A stretch of DNA of 64,000 bases from an uncultured Desulfospira sp. (GCA_963663165.1 OY760175.1:1440001-1504000), one strand, 5' to 3'; positions 19,948 to 30,071 are shown, counted from the stretch's first letter. Numbers and translations are program-made. Notes: generated from the letters alone by a model not told the origin.

Positions 19948-20215
19948 TTATAAGGGGACTTGGGATATGGGACTTGGGACTTGGGACTTGGGACTTGGGG
20001 TTTTATATTGTCTGTGTTCCTTAAAAACTTAATATTTTAAACCGCATATAAGGGGACTTGGGATATGGGACTTGGGACTTGGGGTTTTATATTGTCTGTG
20101 TTCTTTAAAAATTTTATATCTGATAAGACCGCTTTAAAATCTAAAATCTGAGACTAATTCACGGATGGCATCCCCAAGTCCCACATCCCAAGTCCCAAAT
20201 CCCATAACCCATATC
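19948..20215. repeat. Duplicated heptamer arm plus unique segment (~98-bp unit) and an inverted arm
   Basis: tataaggggacttgggatatgggactt...ggggttttatattgtctgtgttc occurs at ~19948 and ~20047; C-rich arm at 20171-20215. Confidence 0.88.
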
Positions 20216-20239
20216 GGATTAATAAACAAAAATCAAGAA

Positions 20240-20268
20240 TTGACAAGAGGGGACCGGGGTTTTATTGT
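20240..20268 (+). promoter_or_regulatory. Sigma-70 promoter of pepN, probably leaderless
   Basis: TTGACA-17 nt-TATTGT, ending 7 nt before the ATG at 20276. Confidence 0.6.
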
Positions 20269-20275
20269 TTTCCTC

Positions 20276-22888
20276 ATGAATGAGCCTGAGACCATATACC
20301 TGAAAAATTATACCGCGCCGGATTTTTTTGTTGATACTGTAGACCTGAAGTTTGAACTTGACCGGACCCGCACCCGGGTGACGGCAAGTCTCAAAATCCG
20401 GAAAAACTTAACCACCGCCGATGAAACCACGCCCCTTGTGCTGGACAAGGCCGATTTTAAAATCGAATCCGTTGTGGCCGGCGGCATGATCCTCATGCCC
20501 CATGAATATGAGGTCACCAAAGAGACTTTTAGACTTGCCAAAACGCCGGACTGCTTTGATTTAGAGATCGTATCCATCCTTAATCCCGCGGCCAACACCA
20601 GCCTGGAAGGGCTTTACTGTTCCGGTGAGTTTATCTGCACCCAGTGCGAAGCCCAGGGGTTCCGGAAAATCACCCCTTTTCCGGACAGGCCCGATGTGAT
20701 GGCGGTTTACTCCACCACCATTATTGCGGATAAGGACCTTTACCCGGTTTTGCTGTCCAATGGAAACCGGGTGGATTCAGGGGACCTTGAAAATAATCGC
20801 CATTATGTCCGATGGGAGGATCCTTTCAAAAAGCCGTGTTATCTGTTTGCCCTGGTGGCAGGGGACTTAGGCTGCTTAAGCGACACCTTTACCACCCGGT
20901 CCGGCCGGACGGTGGATTTAAAAATTTATTCGGAAAAAGAGAATATTGACCGGTGTTGCCATGCCATGACCAGCCTGAAACAGTCCATGGCATGGGATGA
21001 AGACCGGTTCGGCCTTGAGTACGACCTTGACCTGTACCAGATTGTGGCCATCAATGATTTTAATGCCGGGGCCATGGAAAACAAGGGGCTGAATGTGTTT
21101 AACGCCAAGTATGTCCTGGCAAGCCCTGAAACCGCCACAGATGATGATTACATGAACATCCAGGGGGTGATCGGCCACGAGTATTTCCATAACTGGACCG
21201 GAAACCGCGTGACCTTGAAAAACTGGTTCCAGCTCAGCCTGAAAGAGGGGTTGACCGTGTTCCGGGACCAGGAGTTTTCATCCGATCTCAATGCCCGGTC
21301 GGTGAAGCGCATCTCAAGTGTTAATGCCTTAAGATCCCTTCAGTTCCCGGAGGATGCCGGCCCCATGACCCACCCGGTAAGGCCCGAGTCCTATATCAAG
21401 ATGGACAACTTTTACACCATGACCGTGTATGAAAAAGGGGCTGAGCTGATCCGGATGATTCATACCCTTCTGGGGGAAGAAAACTTCCAGAACGCCATGG
21501 CCCTTTATGTTGAACGCTTTGACGGCATGGCCGTTACCATAGAAGATTTTTTAACGGCCATGGCCGATGCCTCGGGCAAGGATCTGTCCCAGTTCAAGCT
21601 GTGGTATTCCCAGTCCGGAACGCCCCGGGTGACCCTGAAACGCGCTTACGATGAAGGGGCTGATGAACTTACCCTTGAATTTGAGCAGCAGACCCCGCCG
21701 GACCGGAACCAGGAAATCAAGCAGCCCCTGCATATCCCGGTCAAATTTGCCCTTTTTGACCACCGGGGAAAGGACATTACCCCGGAAGGCCAGTCCCTGC
21801 TGGAGCTCACATCACCGCAGCAGGTCTTCAAATTCAAAAGAACCGGACCTGGCGCAGTCCCTTCGGTGTTCCGGGAATTTTCCGCGCCTATTTATCTTGA
21901 AACCGACCTGTCCCAGGAAGACCTCTCCTTTCTCATGTCAAAGGACAGCGATGAATTCAACCGGTGGGACGCAGCCCAGACCCTGTTTCTAAGGCAGATT
22001 AAAACCCTTGTTCGATCCATTCAGAACCAGGAACCCCTCACGGTTTCCAAAGATCTGATCAAGGCCTTTGAGGCATCATTGACAGACACCAAAGCAGACC
22101 GGGCCTTTCTGGCCAAAGCCCTTGCCCTGCCCTCGGAAGTTCAGATCAAGGACCACTATGAGTGCATTGATGTGTGCGCCATCCACCAGGCCAGACACTT
22201 TCTAAAACAAACCCTGGCCCAAAGCCTTAAAGACCAGTTCATGCAGGTGATTCAGACATGCTCTTCAGCGGACCCGGCATCCCTTGCCCACAGTGCCATG
22301 GCCGACAGGAGCCTTAACAACCTGGCCCTGTCCTATTTGGGATCATTGGGGGACTCGGAAAGCAGCGGCCTGGTTCTTGAGCGGTTTGAAACGGCCCGCA
22401 ACATGACCGATGAATATGCCGCGTTCAGGATATTGAGCCATATTTCCCCGGCTCTGCGGCAAAAAGCAGCGGACGGATTTTACGCCAAATGGGGCCACGA
22501 CACACTGGTTCTGGATAAATGGTTTGCGGTTCAGGCAGGCTCCACCCTTGACGATACTTTAGACCTGGTAACCGCCCTTGCCGGCCATGGGGGTTTTTCC
22601 ATGGCCAATCCCAATAAGGTGCGGTCCCTGCTCTTTGTGCTTGCCATGCAAAATCCGGTTGGGTTTCACCGGCCCGACGGGAAAGGGTATGAATATATAG
22701 CCGACCGGATTATAGAGCTGAACGGTATCAACCCCCAGATCGCGGCCAGGCTGTCCGCATGCTTTAATCTCTGGAAACGGTATGATGATAAGTTAAAGCC
22801 CATGATGAAGGCACAGCTTGAACGGATTCTGGCCGTCAAAGATCTTTCCGGGAATGTTTATGAGATTGTGTCCAGCGCGTTGAGCTGA
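20276..22888 (+). CDS. pepN: Aminopeptidase N (M1)
   Basis: GAMENKG, HEYFH...E zinc motif, YEKGAE, NPNKVRSL. Start reassigned to MNEPETIYL. Confidence 0.96.
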   Translation: MNEPETIYLKNYTAPDFFVDTVDLKFELDRTRTRVTASLKIRKNLTTADETTPLVLDKADFKIESVVAGGMILMPHEYEVTKETFRLAKTPDCFDLEIVSILNPAANTSLEGLYCSGEFICTQCEAQGFRKITPFPDRPDVMAVYSTTIIADKDLYPVLLSNGNRVDSGDLENNRHYVRWEDPFKKPCYLFALVAGDLGCLSDTFTTRSGRTVDLKIYSEKENIDRCCHAMTSLKQSMAWDEDRFGLEYDLDLYQIVAINDFNAGAMENKGLNVFNAKYVLASPETATDDDYMNIQGVIGHEYFHNWTGNRVTLKNWFQLSLKEGLTVFRDQEFSSDLNARSVKRISSVNALRSLQFPEDAGPMTHPVRPESYIKMDNFYTMTVYEKGAELIRMIHTLLGEENFQNAMALYVERFDGMAVTIEDFLTAMADASGKDLSQFKLWYSQSGTPRVTLKRAYDEGADELTLEFEQQTPPDRNQEIKQPLHIPVKFALFDHRGKDITPEGQSLLELTSPQQVFKFKRTGPGAVPSVFREFSAPIYLETDLSQEDLSFLMSKDSDEFNRWDAAQTLFLRQIKTLVRSIQNQEPLTVSKDLIKAFEASLTDTKADRAFLAKALALPSEVQIKDHYECIDVCAIHQARHFLKQTLAQSLKDQFMQVIQTCSSADPASLAHSAMADRSLNNLALSYLGSLGDSESSGLVLERFETARNMTDEYAAFRILSHISPALRQKAADGFYAKWGHDTLVLDKWFAVQAGSTLDDTLDLVTALAGHGGFSMANPNKVRSLLFVLAMQNPVGFHRPDGKGYEYIADRIIELNGINPQIAARLSACFNLWKRYDDKLKPMMKAQLERILAVKDLSGNVYEIVSSALS

Positions 22889-22917
22889 AGCCAACGGCTG
22901 AAAGCCGTTTGTATATT

Positions 22918-23022
22918 CTCACACAAAGGCACTAAGGCACAAAGAAAGAAACTTCCCAAGGGAATACAGCTTCGTGTCTTTGTGCCTTTGTGTGAGTTTT
23001 TTAAAAGAAGCCGGCAAAGCGG
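22918..23022. repeat. 8-bp periodic inverted pair (GGCACAAA) plus a degenerate mini-hairpin
   Basis: ctcacacaaaggcactaaggcacaaag ... cttcgtgtctttgtgcctttgtgtgag; ccggcaaagcgg. Confidence 0.85.
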
Positions 23023-23081
23023 AAGATTGCGAAAATCAAAAATTGGGGGAACTGGTTTAGAAATCAGGCCATAAACAAAAC

Positions 23082-23113
23082 AAAGGCGCGGAACCCATTT
23101 TATCCGCGCCTTT
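23082..23113 (-). terminator. Terminator after the cold-shock gene
   Basis: AAAGGCGCGGA / TCCGCGCCTTT stem with a U-rich tail. Confidence 0.7.
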
Positions 23114-23136
23114 ATTCTTTGATGCGTTACAAGAAA

Positions 23137-23337
23137 TTACTCAACGGTGACGTTGACGGCAGCCGGCCCTTTCTGTCCGTCTTCTACTTCAAAGGTCACC
23201 TTGTCTCCTTCATTCAGAGACCTGAAACCGGTTGAGTTTATGCCGGAATGATGGACAAATACGTCCGGTCCGTTTTCCTGCTCGATAAACCCATACCCTT
23301 TTGCATCGTTAAACCATTTTACAATCCCATTTGCCAT
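23137..23337 (-). CDS. Cold-shock protein
   Basis: [25 protein letters not shown] (RNP1/RNP2); 66 aa. Confidence 0.96.
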   Translation of the reverse strand: MANGIVKWFNDAKGYGFIEQENGPDVFVHHSGINSTGFRSLNEGDKVTFEVEDGQKGPAAVNVTVE

Positions 23338-23675
23338 TGCGACTCTCTCCTTAAAAAAAATGAATAAATACAGTTTCAACCCTCAGGTCCTGCCACTAAA
23401 CAAATGGGTCTTGCCTGTAGAACGAAACTTGCGAAGCCCTCCGTTTTCGCTTCGGATGTATAATATTAAAGTTATATTAAAAATCAAGGATTATTTTAAA
23501 AAATTTTATTTTTCCTGATCACGGGCGTTATCACGCGCTGTTCCTTTATCCACAGGCGTCCTGTGGACATCCCCCGGCCAATTTTATAAAAAGCTGAGGG
23601 ACTCATGAAGAAACAAGCCTCAAAAAATAAAAAAATATTCATATTTTCAAAAGCTTAAAAAATATGGTCAAGTCA

Positions 23676-24692
23676 TCAGGGCTGGTGATAAAGATGGCAT
23701 GCCGTGCCATGATCCCCTTTAATCCAGGTCATTTCCGGTATTTTTTCCCGGCAGATGTCCATGGCCCGGGGACACCGTGTCACAAACCGGCAACCTGAGG
23801 GAAGCGCCAAAAGGGAGGGGACCGATCCCTCAATTGTGGGCAACATAGTTTTCGCTTTTTTCGCAAGGCTGGGGATGGAATCCAACAGTCCCCGGGTATA
23901 CGGGTGAAGGGGATTTTTAAACAGGGTTTTCACATCGGCGATTTCTGCTATCCGCCCGGCGTACATGATCACCACCCGGTCACAGTTTTCAGCGATTACT
24001 CCCAAATCGTGGGTAATCAAAAGAACGGACATGGCCAGGTCTTTCTGAAACTGCCTGATCAGATCCAGAATCTGGGCCTGTACCGTCACATCCAGGGCCG
24101 TGGTCGGTTCATCGGCAATCAGGATATCCGGTTTACAGGCCAGGGCCATGGCGATCATTACCCGCTGCCGCATGCCGCCGGACAGCTGGTGGGGATATTT
24201 GTCCATGATCTTGTCAGGGTCGGCAATCCCAACCTTTTCGAGCATGTCCTGCGCGGATGATCTCATCCGTTCCATGCCCATTTCCGGGAAATGAAGGCGA
24301 TAAACTTCAACCAGCTGCCGGCCCACTGACTGGACCGGATTCAGGGCGGTCATGGGTTCCTGAAAAATCATGGAGATCTTTTTTCCCCGGATGCGATGCA
24401 TCTTTTCCACGGGAAGGGACAGCAGATCCCGGGACTTGAACAGGATACGGCCGCCACATATTTTCGACACAGGCTTTGGCAAAAGGCGCATGATGCCCAG
24501 AGCCGTGACGCTTTTACCGCACCCCGACTCCCCGGCAAGGCCTAAAACAGACCCCGCCTCAAGGTCAAATCCCACCTTGTCCACGGCCCTGATCCGGCCC
24601 TGTTCGGTTTCGAATTCCACGGCCAGGTCTTGGATTTGAAGAAGGGGCGGCCGGAGACCGGAGACCGGAAGGCGGCGATTGTCAATTTCCAT
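23676..24692 (-). CDS. Oligopeptide/dipeptide ABC transporter ATP-binding subunit (OppD/DppD-like)
   Basis: [30 protein letters not shown]-terminal GCRF..RC..C. The N-terminus includes repeat-derived residues. Confidence 0.93.
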   Translation of the reverse strand: MEIDNRRLPVSGLRPPLLQIQDLAVEFETEQGRIRAVDKVGFDLEAGSVLGLAGESGCGKSVTALGIMRLLPKPVSKICGGRILFKSRDLLSLPVEKMHRIRGKKISMIFQEPMTALNPVQSVGRQLVEVYRLHFPEMGMERMRSSAQDMLEKVGIADPDKIMDKYPHQLSGGMRQRVMIAMALACKPDILIADEPTTALDVTVQAQILDLIRQFQKDLAMSVLLITHDLGVIAENCDRVVIMYAGRIAEIADVKTLFKNPLHPYTRGLLDSIPSLAKKAKTMLPTIEGSVPSLLALPSGCRFVTRCPRAMDICREKIPEMTWIKGDHGTACHLYHQP

Positions 24693-24860
24693 TGCATTTA
24701 GTCCTAAAATTCATACTCACGCTCCTTTTATGGCCGGCAAATTCATAGCTGACAGTCCCATCCCCTTCTTTCCATACTTCAAATTTTCCAAACCAGCCCT
24801 TCATCTACTGTCTTCCGTCTTTGTTTCTGGCGGTCTCCGGTTCCCGGTTTCCGGTCTCCC
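24651..24860. repeat. Inverted GGARACC-type heptamer arms enclosing a 40-codon ORF
   Basis: ccggagaccggagaccggaagg (24651-24672) and cggtctccggttcccggtttccggtctccc (24831-24860). Confidence 0.85.
24682..24804 (-). pseudogene. Probable remnant of a four-helix-bundle gene
   Basis: MKGWFGKFEVWKEG then, after a 1-nt shift, MGLSA; resembles the family N-terminus FxxLxVWxxxMxL. Confidence 0.45.
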
Positions 24861-26724
24861 CTACCCTATATTGCGTATCCATTATGGTGACCGGTGCGGC
24901 CGCCCGGCCCTGCTTCAAATCTTTCATGGTCTGGAGCCGTTCTTGATCATCAATCCAGAACAGTCCGCCTGTGGCCGAAGAAAAAGGATCAAACAGACTG
25001 TCCGACATCCGGGTCCCGTGAAATTTCGGCAGTTTCATCCATCGCCAGTAGGCAGCCCTGACATAAGGGACCATATAGGTCGGCACATAGGCACAGATCT
25101 CATGGATTTTGTTCTGGATCTTCTTTGACAGAATGATCCGCTCTTGAGTATCCAGACTTGCCCGGTACTGGTCAATCATTTTGTCCAGGTCCGGGTCATC
25201 GGTATTGGTGATGTTGTTGGTCTGGGCTTTATGGGCATTGTCCGAATGCCACCCCTGCCAGTAGGAAGGCCTTAAGTTGGTGGTCCAGCCCATCCAGGCC
25301 ACGTCATGTTTTTTTTCAAGAAATTTTTTAAACATGGCCGATGGGTCCAGTTTTTCCAGTTCCAGTTCAATCCCGGCTTTAAGGGCCTCTTCTTTTAATA
25401 CGGCCAGTCTTGGCATGTGGTCCTCATGCCCGTAAGTAACCTTTACCGAATACCGGCTGCCCCCTTTTTTCCAGATACCGTCCCCTCCTCTGGCCCAGCC
25501 CGCAGATGTCATCAGTTCTTTAACCCGGTCGATATCATAGAGCCGGGGCGTGATCGTATAATCGGTATAATCGCCATACCCGTAAAACGGCTGGGCCAGC
25601 CGGAAATAGTCCCCCCTGAGGACCTGGGACAGCACCTTGTCCACGTTCATGGCATGGGCAAAGGCCTCTCGCAGCCGGACATCCTTAAAAATGTCCTTAT
25701 CCTGGTTGAGCCACATGCCGTAGCTGGGCCGCTCGCGGTCGTTAAAAAACCAGATCCGGTGGACAAACCCGTCCTGAAACACCCGGGTTTTTGACTTGTC
25801 ATGCCAGTATTTGGGCTGAACAAGCCCAAACGTATCCAGGCGCCCTTTTTTAAAATATTCCCATTGCAGGTTCATATCCCGGATCACTGTAAACTGAACC
25901 GTATCCACGTTAAACCGGTTCTTAAAATACCGCCGGTCAGCCGCCCACCAGTTTTCCTTTCTTTTGAACCGGACAAACCGGCCTTTTTTATAGTCTGAAA
26001 TCTGGTAAGCCCCTGTGTTGGGGACCACGGCCCAGTTGGTGTCCTGGACAAACCGCTCATTCAACGGATGAAAAAAATGTTCCGGAACCGGGCTGATGCC
26101 AAGGGTTAAGTAAAGGTCCGGCACGGCCTTGGTGCTTTTAACGCCGATGGTATAATCGTCAAACACCATGACCTTTTCAATTTCTTTTGAATAATAATCG
26201 TTGTACCAGGGCGCCACAATATGCTTGGAGCGCATAAAGGTTAAGGTGTAAACATAATCCCATGCCGTGACCGGCTCTCCGTCAGACCACCGGGCCTGCC
26301 GGTCCAGCTTGAAATACATGGTTTTTTTATCTCCCCCAAAGGCCCAGTGGGTGGCCAGCTCCGGGATGATGTTCATGGTGTTGGGATGGATATTGATCAA
26401 CGACAGCTGGTTATCCAGAATGGCCGACCGGAACCCCCCGTTGGAATCCGGCCCCACGGTCCTGAAGGTCATGGGAAAACTGAGCAGCCCCGATCTTAAG
26501 GTTCCCCCTTTTTGGGCGTCAGGACTTGCAAACACCGGGTCTTCATCATTGGTCAGCCAGGTGATCTGTTCGGGCAAAGGCTCATAATCCCTTTTTAAAG
26601 GTTGCGCTTCTTTTTTTTCTATACCCTTTTGTCCGGAATCTGAATGGTCATCGGACGGCCCGCACCCGGTAAAGCAGGTTAAAAAAACAATCAGAAAAAA
26701 CAGCCATGATTTTGCAGGGGTCAT
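24805..26724 (-). CDS. ABC transporter substrate-binding lipoprotein, family 5 (YejA-like)
   Basis: Lipobox FTGC, PDAQKGGTL, PELATHW, WSDGEPVTA. Confidence 0.88.
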   Translation of the reverse strand: MTPAKSWLFFLIVFLTCFTGCGPSDDHSDSGQKGIEKKEAQPLKRDYEPLPEQITWLTNDEDPVFASPDAQKGGTLRSGLLSFPMTFRTVGPDSNGGFRSAILDNQLSLINIHPNTMNIIPELATHWAFGGDKKTMYFKLDRQARWSDGEPVTAWDYVYTLTFMRSKHIVAPWYNDYYSKEIEKVMVFDDYTIGVKSTKAVPDLYLTLGISPVPEHFFHPLNERFVQDTNWAVVPNTGAYQISDYKKGRFVRFKRKENWWAADRRYFKNRFNVDTVQFTVIRDMNLQWEYFKKGRLDTFGLVQPKYWHDKSKTRVFQDGFVHRIWFFNDRERPSYGMWLNQDKDIFKDVRLREAFAHAMNVDKVLSQVLRGDYFRLAQPFYGYGDYTDYTITPRLYDIDRVKELMTSAGWARGGDGIWKKGGSRYSVKVTYGHEDHMPRLAVLKEEALKAGIELELEKLDPSAMFKKFLEKKHDVAWMGWTTNLRPSYWQGWHSDNAHKAQTNNITNTDDPDLDKMIDQYRASLDTQERIILSKKIQNKIHEICAYVPTYMVPYVRAAYWRWMKLPKFHGTRMSDSLFDPFSSATGGLFWIDDQERLQTMKDLKQGRAAAPVTIMDTQYRVGETGNREPETARNKDGRQ

Positions 26725-26839
26725 TTATTTTTCCAAAAATATGTTCCTTTTTAAAGGATCATCCATACCAGATACCGGCCTTGAAATCCAATACTTGTTT
26801 CTTTCTTGACCGTTATGATCCGATATAATACAACATGAA

Positions 26840-26982
26840 AGCAATTAGCAGTTAGCCGTTAGCTATTAGCTGTCAGCGGTGGGCGGTCAAAACAGATATG
26901 GGGACTTGGGATATGAAACTTGGGATATGGGTTAAAGAACTGAAAGCCTGCCCCAAATCCCACGTCCCATGTCCCAAGTCCC
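26840..26982. repeat. AGCTRTT heptamer arm followed by an empty GGGACTT inverted pair in the motA leader
   Basis: agcaattagcagttagccgttagctattagctgtcagc; ggggacttgggatatg ... ccccaaatcccacgtcccatgtcccaagtccc. Confidence 0.85.
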
Positions 26983-26992
26983 TTTTAAAACT

Positions 26993-27787
26993 ATGGACAT
27001 AGCATCTTTTATCGGCATCATTTCTGGTATTTCCTTAATTGTTTCGGCCATATTTCTGGGCGGCGACATTCATAATTTTATCAATATCCAGGGCATAATG
27101 ATTGTTTTCGGCGGCACCATAGCCACCACCTTGATCACCTTTCAGTTCCATGATGTGGCCGCGGCATTTAAAGCCGCCTACTTTGTATTTTCCAAAGATA
27201 AAGAAGACCCCAATGACGCAGTGGCCACCATGATCCGGTTAAGCCATATCAGTCGGCGCCAGGGGCTGCTCCAGCTGTCCCGGGTTGAAACCAACTCCCA
27301 GTTTCTGAAAAAAGCCTGCGGCCTGATGGCGGACGGATCATCTGAGGAGATTATCCGGACTGCCCTGACCACGGAGATGAAATCCCTTCAGATGCGCCAC
27401 TTCATTGTCCAGGACGTGTTCCGGAAGATGGGCATGTATGCCCCGGCATTCGGCATGTTAGGGACCTTGATCGGCCTGGTCCAGATGTTAAGCAAGCTCC
27501 AGGACCCCAGCACCATTGGCCCGTCTTTATCCGTTGCCCTGCTCACCACATTTTACGGTTCTTTGATTTCCACTGTTTTTTTTCTGCCCATTGCCGGCAA
27601 GCTCCGGTCCCGGACCGTGGTTGAACTGATTACCCTTGAAATCATCCTGGAAGGGGCCGCATCCATTACCAACAACAACAATCCCATTGTTATTTATGAA
27701 AAACTGTCCAGTTTTATTTCTTCGAGACTGCGCAAATCTTTTAACGAAATTAATATAGTGCCTGGGAAAAGAAATCATAGAGCTTGA
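26993..27787 (+). CDS. motA: MotA/PomA-family stator subunit
   Basis: IVFGGTIA, APAFGMLGTLIGLVQML, ALLTTFYG. Confidence 0.88.
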   Translation: MDIASFIGIISGISLIVSAIFLGGDIHNFINIQGIMIVFGGTIATTLITFQFHDVAAAFKAAYFVFSKDKEDPNDAVATMIRLSHISRRQGLLQLSRVETNSQFLKKACGLMADGSSEEIIRTALTTEMKSLQMRHFIVQDVFRKMGMYAPAFGMLGTLIGLVQMLSKLQDPSTIGPSLSVALLTTFYGSLISTVFFLPIAGKLRSRTVVELITLEIILEGAASITNNNNPIVIYEKLSSFISSRLRKSFNEINIVPGKRNHRA

Positions 27788-27799
27788 GCTTTTTTTAAG

Positions 27800-28528
27800 A
27801 TGAAAACCCCAACCTTTGAAAACGACTTTATCATCGAAGACGACGAATCCACATTTCTGGTCACCTACTCGGATCTCGTCACCCTGCTCCTTGTTTTTTT
27901 TATTTTTCTTTACACCATGGGCTCCAGCCAGCTTGAACGGGCAAAAAACTCTTTAAAGGAAATTCAGGACCAGGCAGACCCGGCAGGAAAAACAGCGAAA
28001 CTCCAGGAAATGGCGGATATGCTCCATCCCGGCAAATTCACCATCGAAGACGTTACGGGGCTTAAATCAAGGGATACCAGACTGTTGGAAGCCGTCAAAT
28101 ATATGGTCCGGCAGACCGGACAGGAGGAAAACATCACCTCGGAATTTAAAGACGGCAAAACCATTATCAACATATCCGGACAAACCCTGTTTTCATCGGG
28201 GTCGGCCACCATCAATGCCAAAGCTGTCTGGATTTTTGATGAAATGGCTGCTATCTTTAAAACATATCCGGATTACACCATCAACATCAAAGGCCACACA
28301 GACGACAACCCTATTTCAACAGATAAATTTCCGTCCAACTGGGAGCTGTCTGCCATCAGGGCCACCAATGTTCTAAGACGGATGGTTGCAATGGGGATCG
28401 ACCCCCACCGGCTGACCGCCACCGGTTACGGGAAGATCATGCCCCGGGTCCCCAATATCAGCGACAGGAACAGGGCCATGAACAGGAGGGTTGAATTTGT
28501 TCTCGAAAAAAAAGAACGCAACAATTAA
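27800..28528 (+). CDS. motB: MotB/PomB-family stator subunit (OmpA-like C-terminus)
   Basis: LVTYSDLVTLLLVFF with the conserved Asp; GHTD, NWELSAIRA, NRRVE. Confidence 0.88.
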   Translation: MKTPTFENDFIIEDDESTFLVTYSDLVTLLLVFFIFLYTMGSSQLERAKNSLKEIQDQADPAGKTAKLQEMADMLHPGKFTIEDVTGLKSRDTRLLEAVKYMVRQTGQEENITSEFKDGKTIINISGQTLFSSGSATINAKAVWIFDEMAAIFKTYPDYTINIKGHTDDNPISTDKFPSNWELSAIRATNVLRRMVAMGIDPHRLTATGYGKIMPRVPNISDRNRAMNRRVEFVLEKKERNN

Positions 28529-28889
28529 GGTCATTGACCCGGGAGAGGCGGATAACCGGCGGCAGGCCTACCGGTATACCTTCTCACAGCAGATGCCGCC
28601 TGAAATAACGTTTAAGCAAAGAACCGTCACCCTGATGAACATCAGCGCCGGCGGCCTGGCATTTAAGGCGGATGGATTTGCCGTCAACGATGGCGATGAG
28701 GTTTCCTTGACCCTTATGGTCCCGGGATCAGGCAAACAGTTTAATATCAATGTAAGGCTTCATATTTTTGAAATCAAATCCCCGGACATCTGCCACTGCA
28801 CTTTTGAAAACCTTGACCCGGACCAGGAAGAACTCATCCACCGGTATGTCCTTGAAATGCAAAAACAGGATTTGGGAAAACCCATCTAA
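28491..28889 (+). CDS. PilZ domain protein (start uncertain)
   Basis: RRQAYR (RxxxR) and NISAGG (D/NxSxxG). Confidence 0.82.
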   Translation: MNLFSKKKNATIKVIDPGEADNRRQAYRYTFSQQMPPEITFKQRTVTLMNISAGGLAFKADGFAVNDGDEVSLTLMVPGSGKQFNINVRLHIFEIKSPDICHCTFENLDPDQEELIHRYVLEMQKQDLGKPI

Positions 28890-30071
28890 GTGATCCTTCA
28901 CATTGACATGGATGCCTTTTTTGCCGCGGTTGAGCAACGGGACCACCCCGAACTTCAAAACCGCCCCATTGTGGTGTCCGGCAGGTCCCAAAGAAGCGTG
29001 GTCTCAACGGCCAGCTACGAGGCCAGAAAATTTGGCATCCATTCGGCCATGCCGGTATTCAAGGCCCTGCAGTTATGCCCTGAACTGATCATTGTCCCGG
29101 GGGATAAAAAAAAATACGCGGCTGAATCAAAGGCCATCATGGATATTCTTTCGGCGTTTTCCCCCCTGGTGGAGCCGGTCTCCATTGATGAGGCCTATGT
29201 GGATGTTAAAGGATGCGTCAAACTGTTCGGCTCCCCCCGGACCATTGCCGAAACCATCAAAAGCCAAATCAAAGAACGGCGGAACCTGACCTGTTCCATT
29301 GGGATCGCCCCGTTAAAATTCTTAGCAAAAATCGCCTCAGACATGAATAAACCCGCCGGACTGACCCTTATTTCACCGGACAAGGCCCATGAATTTATTC
29401 GACACCTGCCCATTGAAAAGGTCCCGGGGGTGGGAAAACAGGCCATGAACCGGATGAGACAACTCAACATTAACACCTTAGGGGATGTCTACAGGTTTGA
29501 TGAAGCCCTGTTGAAAAATCATTTCGGCATCTTTGGGTCCAGGCTGTTTTCATTGTCCAGGGGAATTGATGACAATCCGGTCACGGCAGGCCATGAACGA
29601 AAATCCATTTCCAGTGAAACCACCCTGTCACAGGATATCCATGATTTCAAGGATGCCAGGAATATCTTGCTTTCCCATTCCCAGAGAGTCGGCATGGATC
29701 TGCGGCAAAAAAACATGGTCTGCCACGCTGTTTCCATTAAGGTAAAGTTTTCCGACTTTACCCAGATCACCCGAAGCCAGAAGACCCCAAGCCCCATATG
29801 CTCGTCCAAGGCCATTTTCGACCATGCCTTAGCCCTGTATTCAAAGGTGAAACCGGCCAAAAAAATAAGGCTTTTAGGGGTGGGGGTCTCCCATTTGAGG
29901 GACAAAGGCCTGCCGGTTCAAATGGACCTTTTCAATCCCCCGGGACAGGTATCCGGCCGGCAGTGGGAAAAGGTGGATTCAGCGGCCGATGCCGTGGCCA
30001 AAAAATTCGGTGCTGATTTGATTAAGAAAGCCTCTTTAACACCGGGCCATTCAAAAAAAGAGACGGGATGA
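28890..30071 (+). CDS. dinB: DNA polymerase IV
   Basis: HIDMDAFFA, SYEARKFG, SIDEAY, LAKIASD. Confidence 0.95.
   Translation: MILHIDMDAFFAAVEQRDHPELQNRPIVVSGRSQRSVVSTASYEARKFGIHSAMPVFKALQLCPELIIVPGDKKKYAAESKAIMDILSAFSPLVEPVSIDEAYVDVKGCVKLFGSPRTIAETIKSQIKERRNLTCSIGIAPLKFLAKIASDMNKPAGLTLISPDKAHEFIRHLPIEKVPGVGKQAMNRMRQLNINTLGDVYRFDEALLKNHFGIFGSRLFSLSRGIDDNPVTAGHERKSISSETTLSQDIHDFKDARNILLSHSQRVGMDLRQKNMVCHAVSIKVKFSDFTQITRSQKTPSPICSSKAIFDHALALYSKVKPAKKIRLLGVGVSHLRDKGLPVQMDLFNPPGQVSGRQWEKVDSAADAVAKKFGADLIKKASLTPGHSKKETG

Noticed and set aside
19948..20215. Possible CRISPR or guide-RNA array
   Set aside because: Only two units, with near-identical 'spacers', built from 7-mers; no cas-like genes in the window.
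20165..20275. N-terminal extension of PepN in the ORF track
   Set aside because: It runs through the repeat arm and the promoter; the family-like sequence starts at 20276.
26993..28528. Zorya ZorAB defence system
   Set aside because: MotA is normal length without a long cytoplasmic tail, and no ZorC/D/E-like genes are adjacent.
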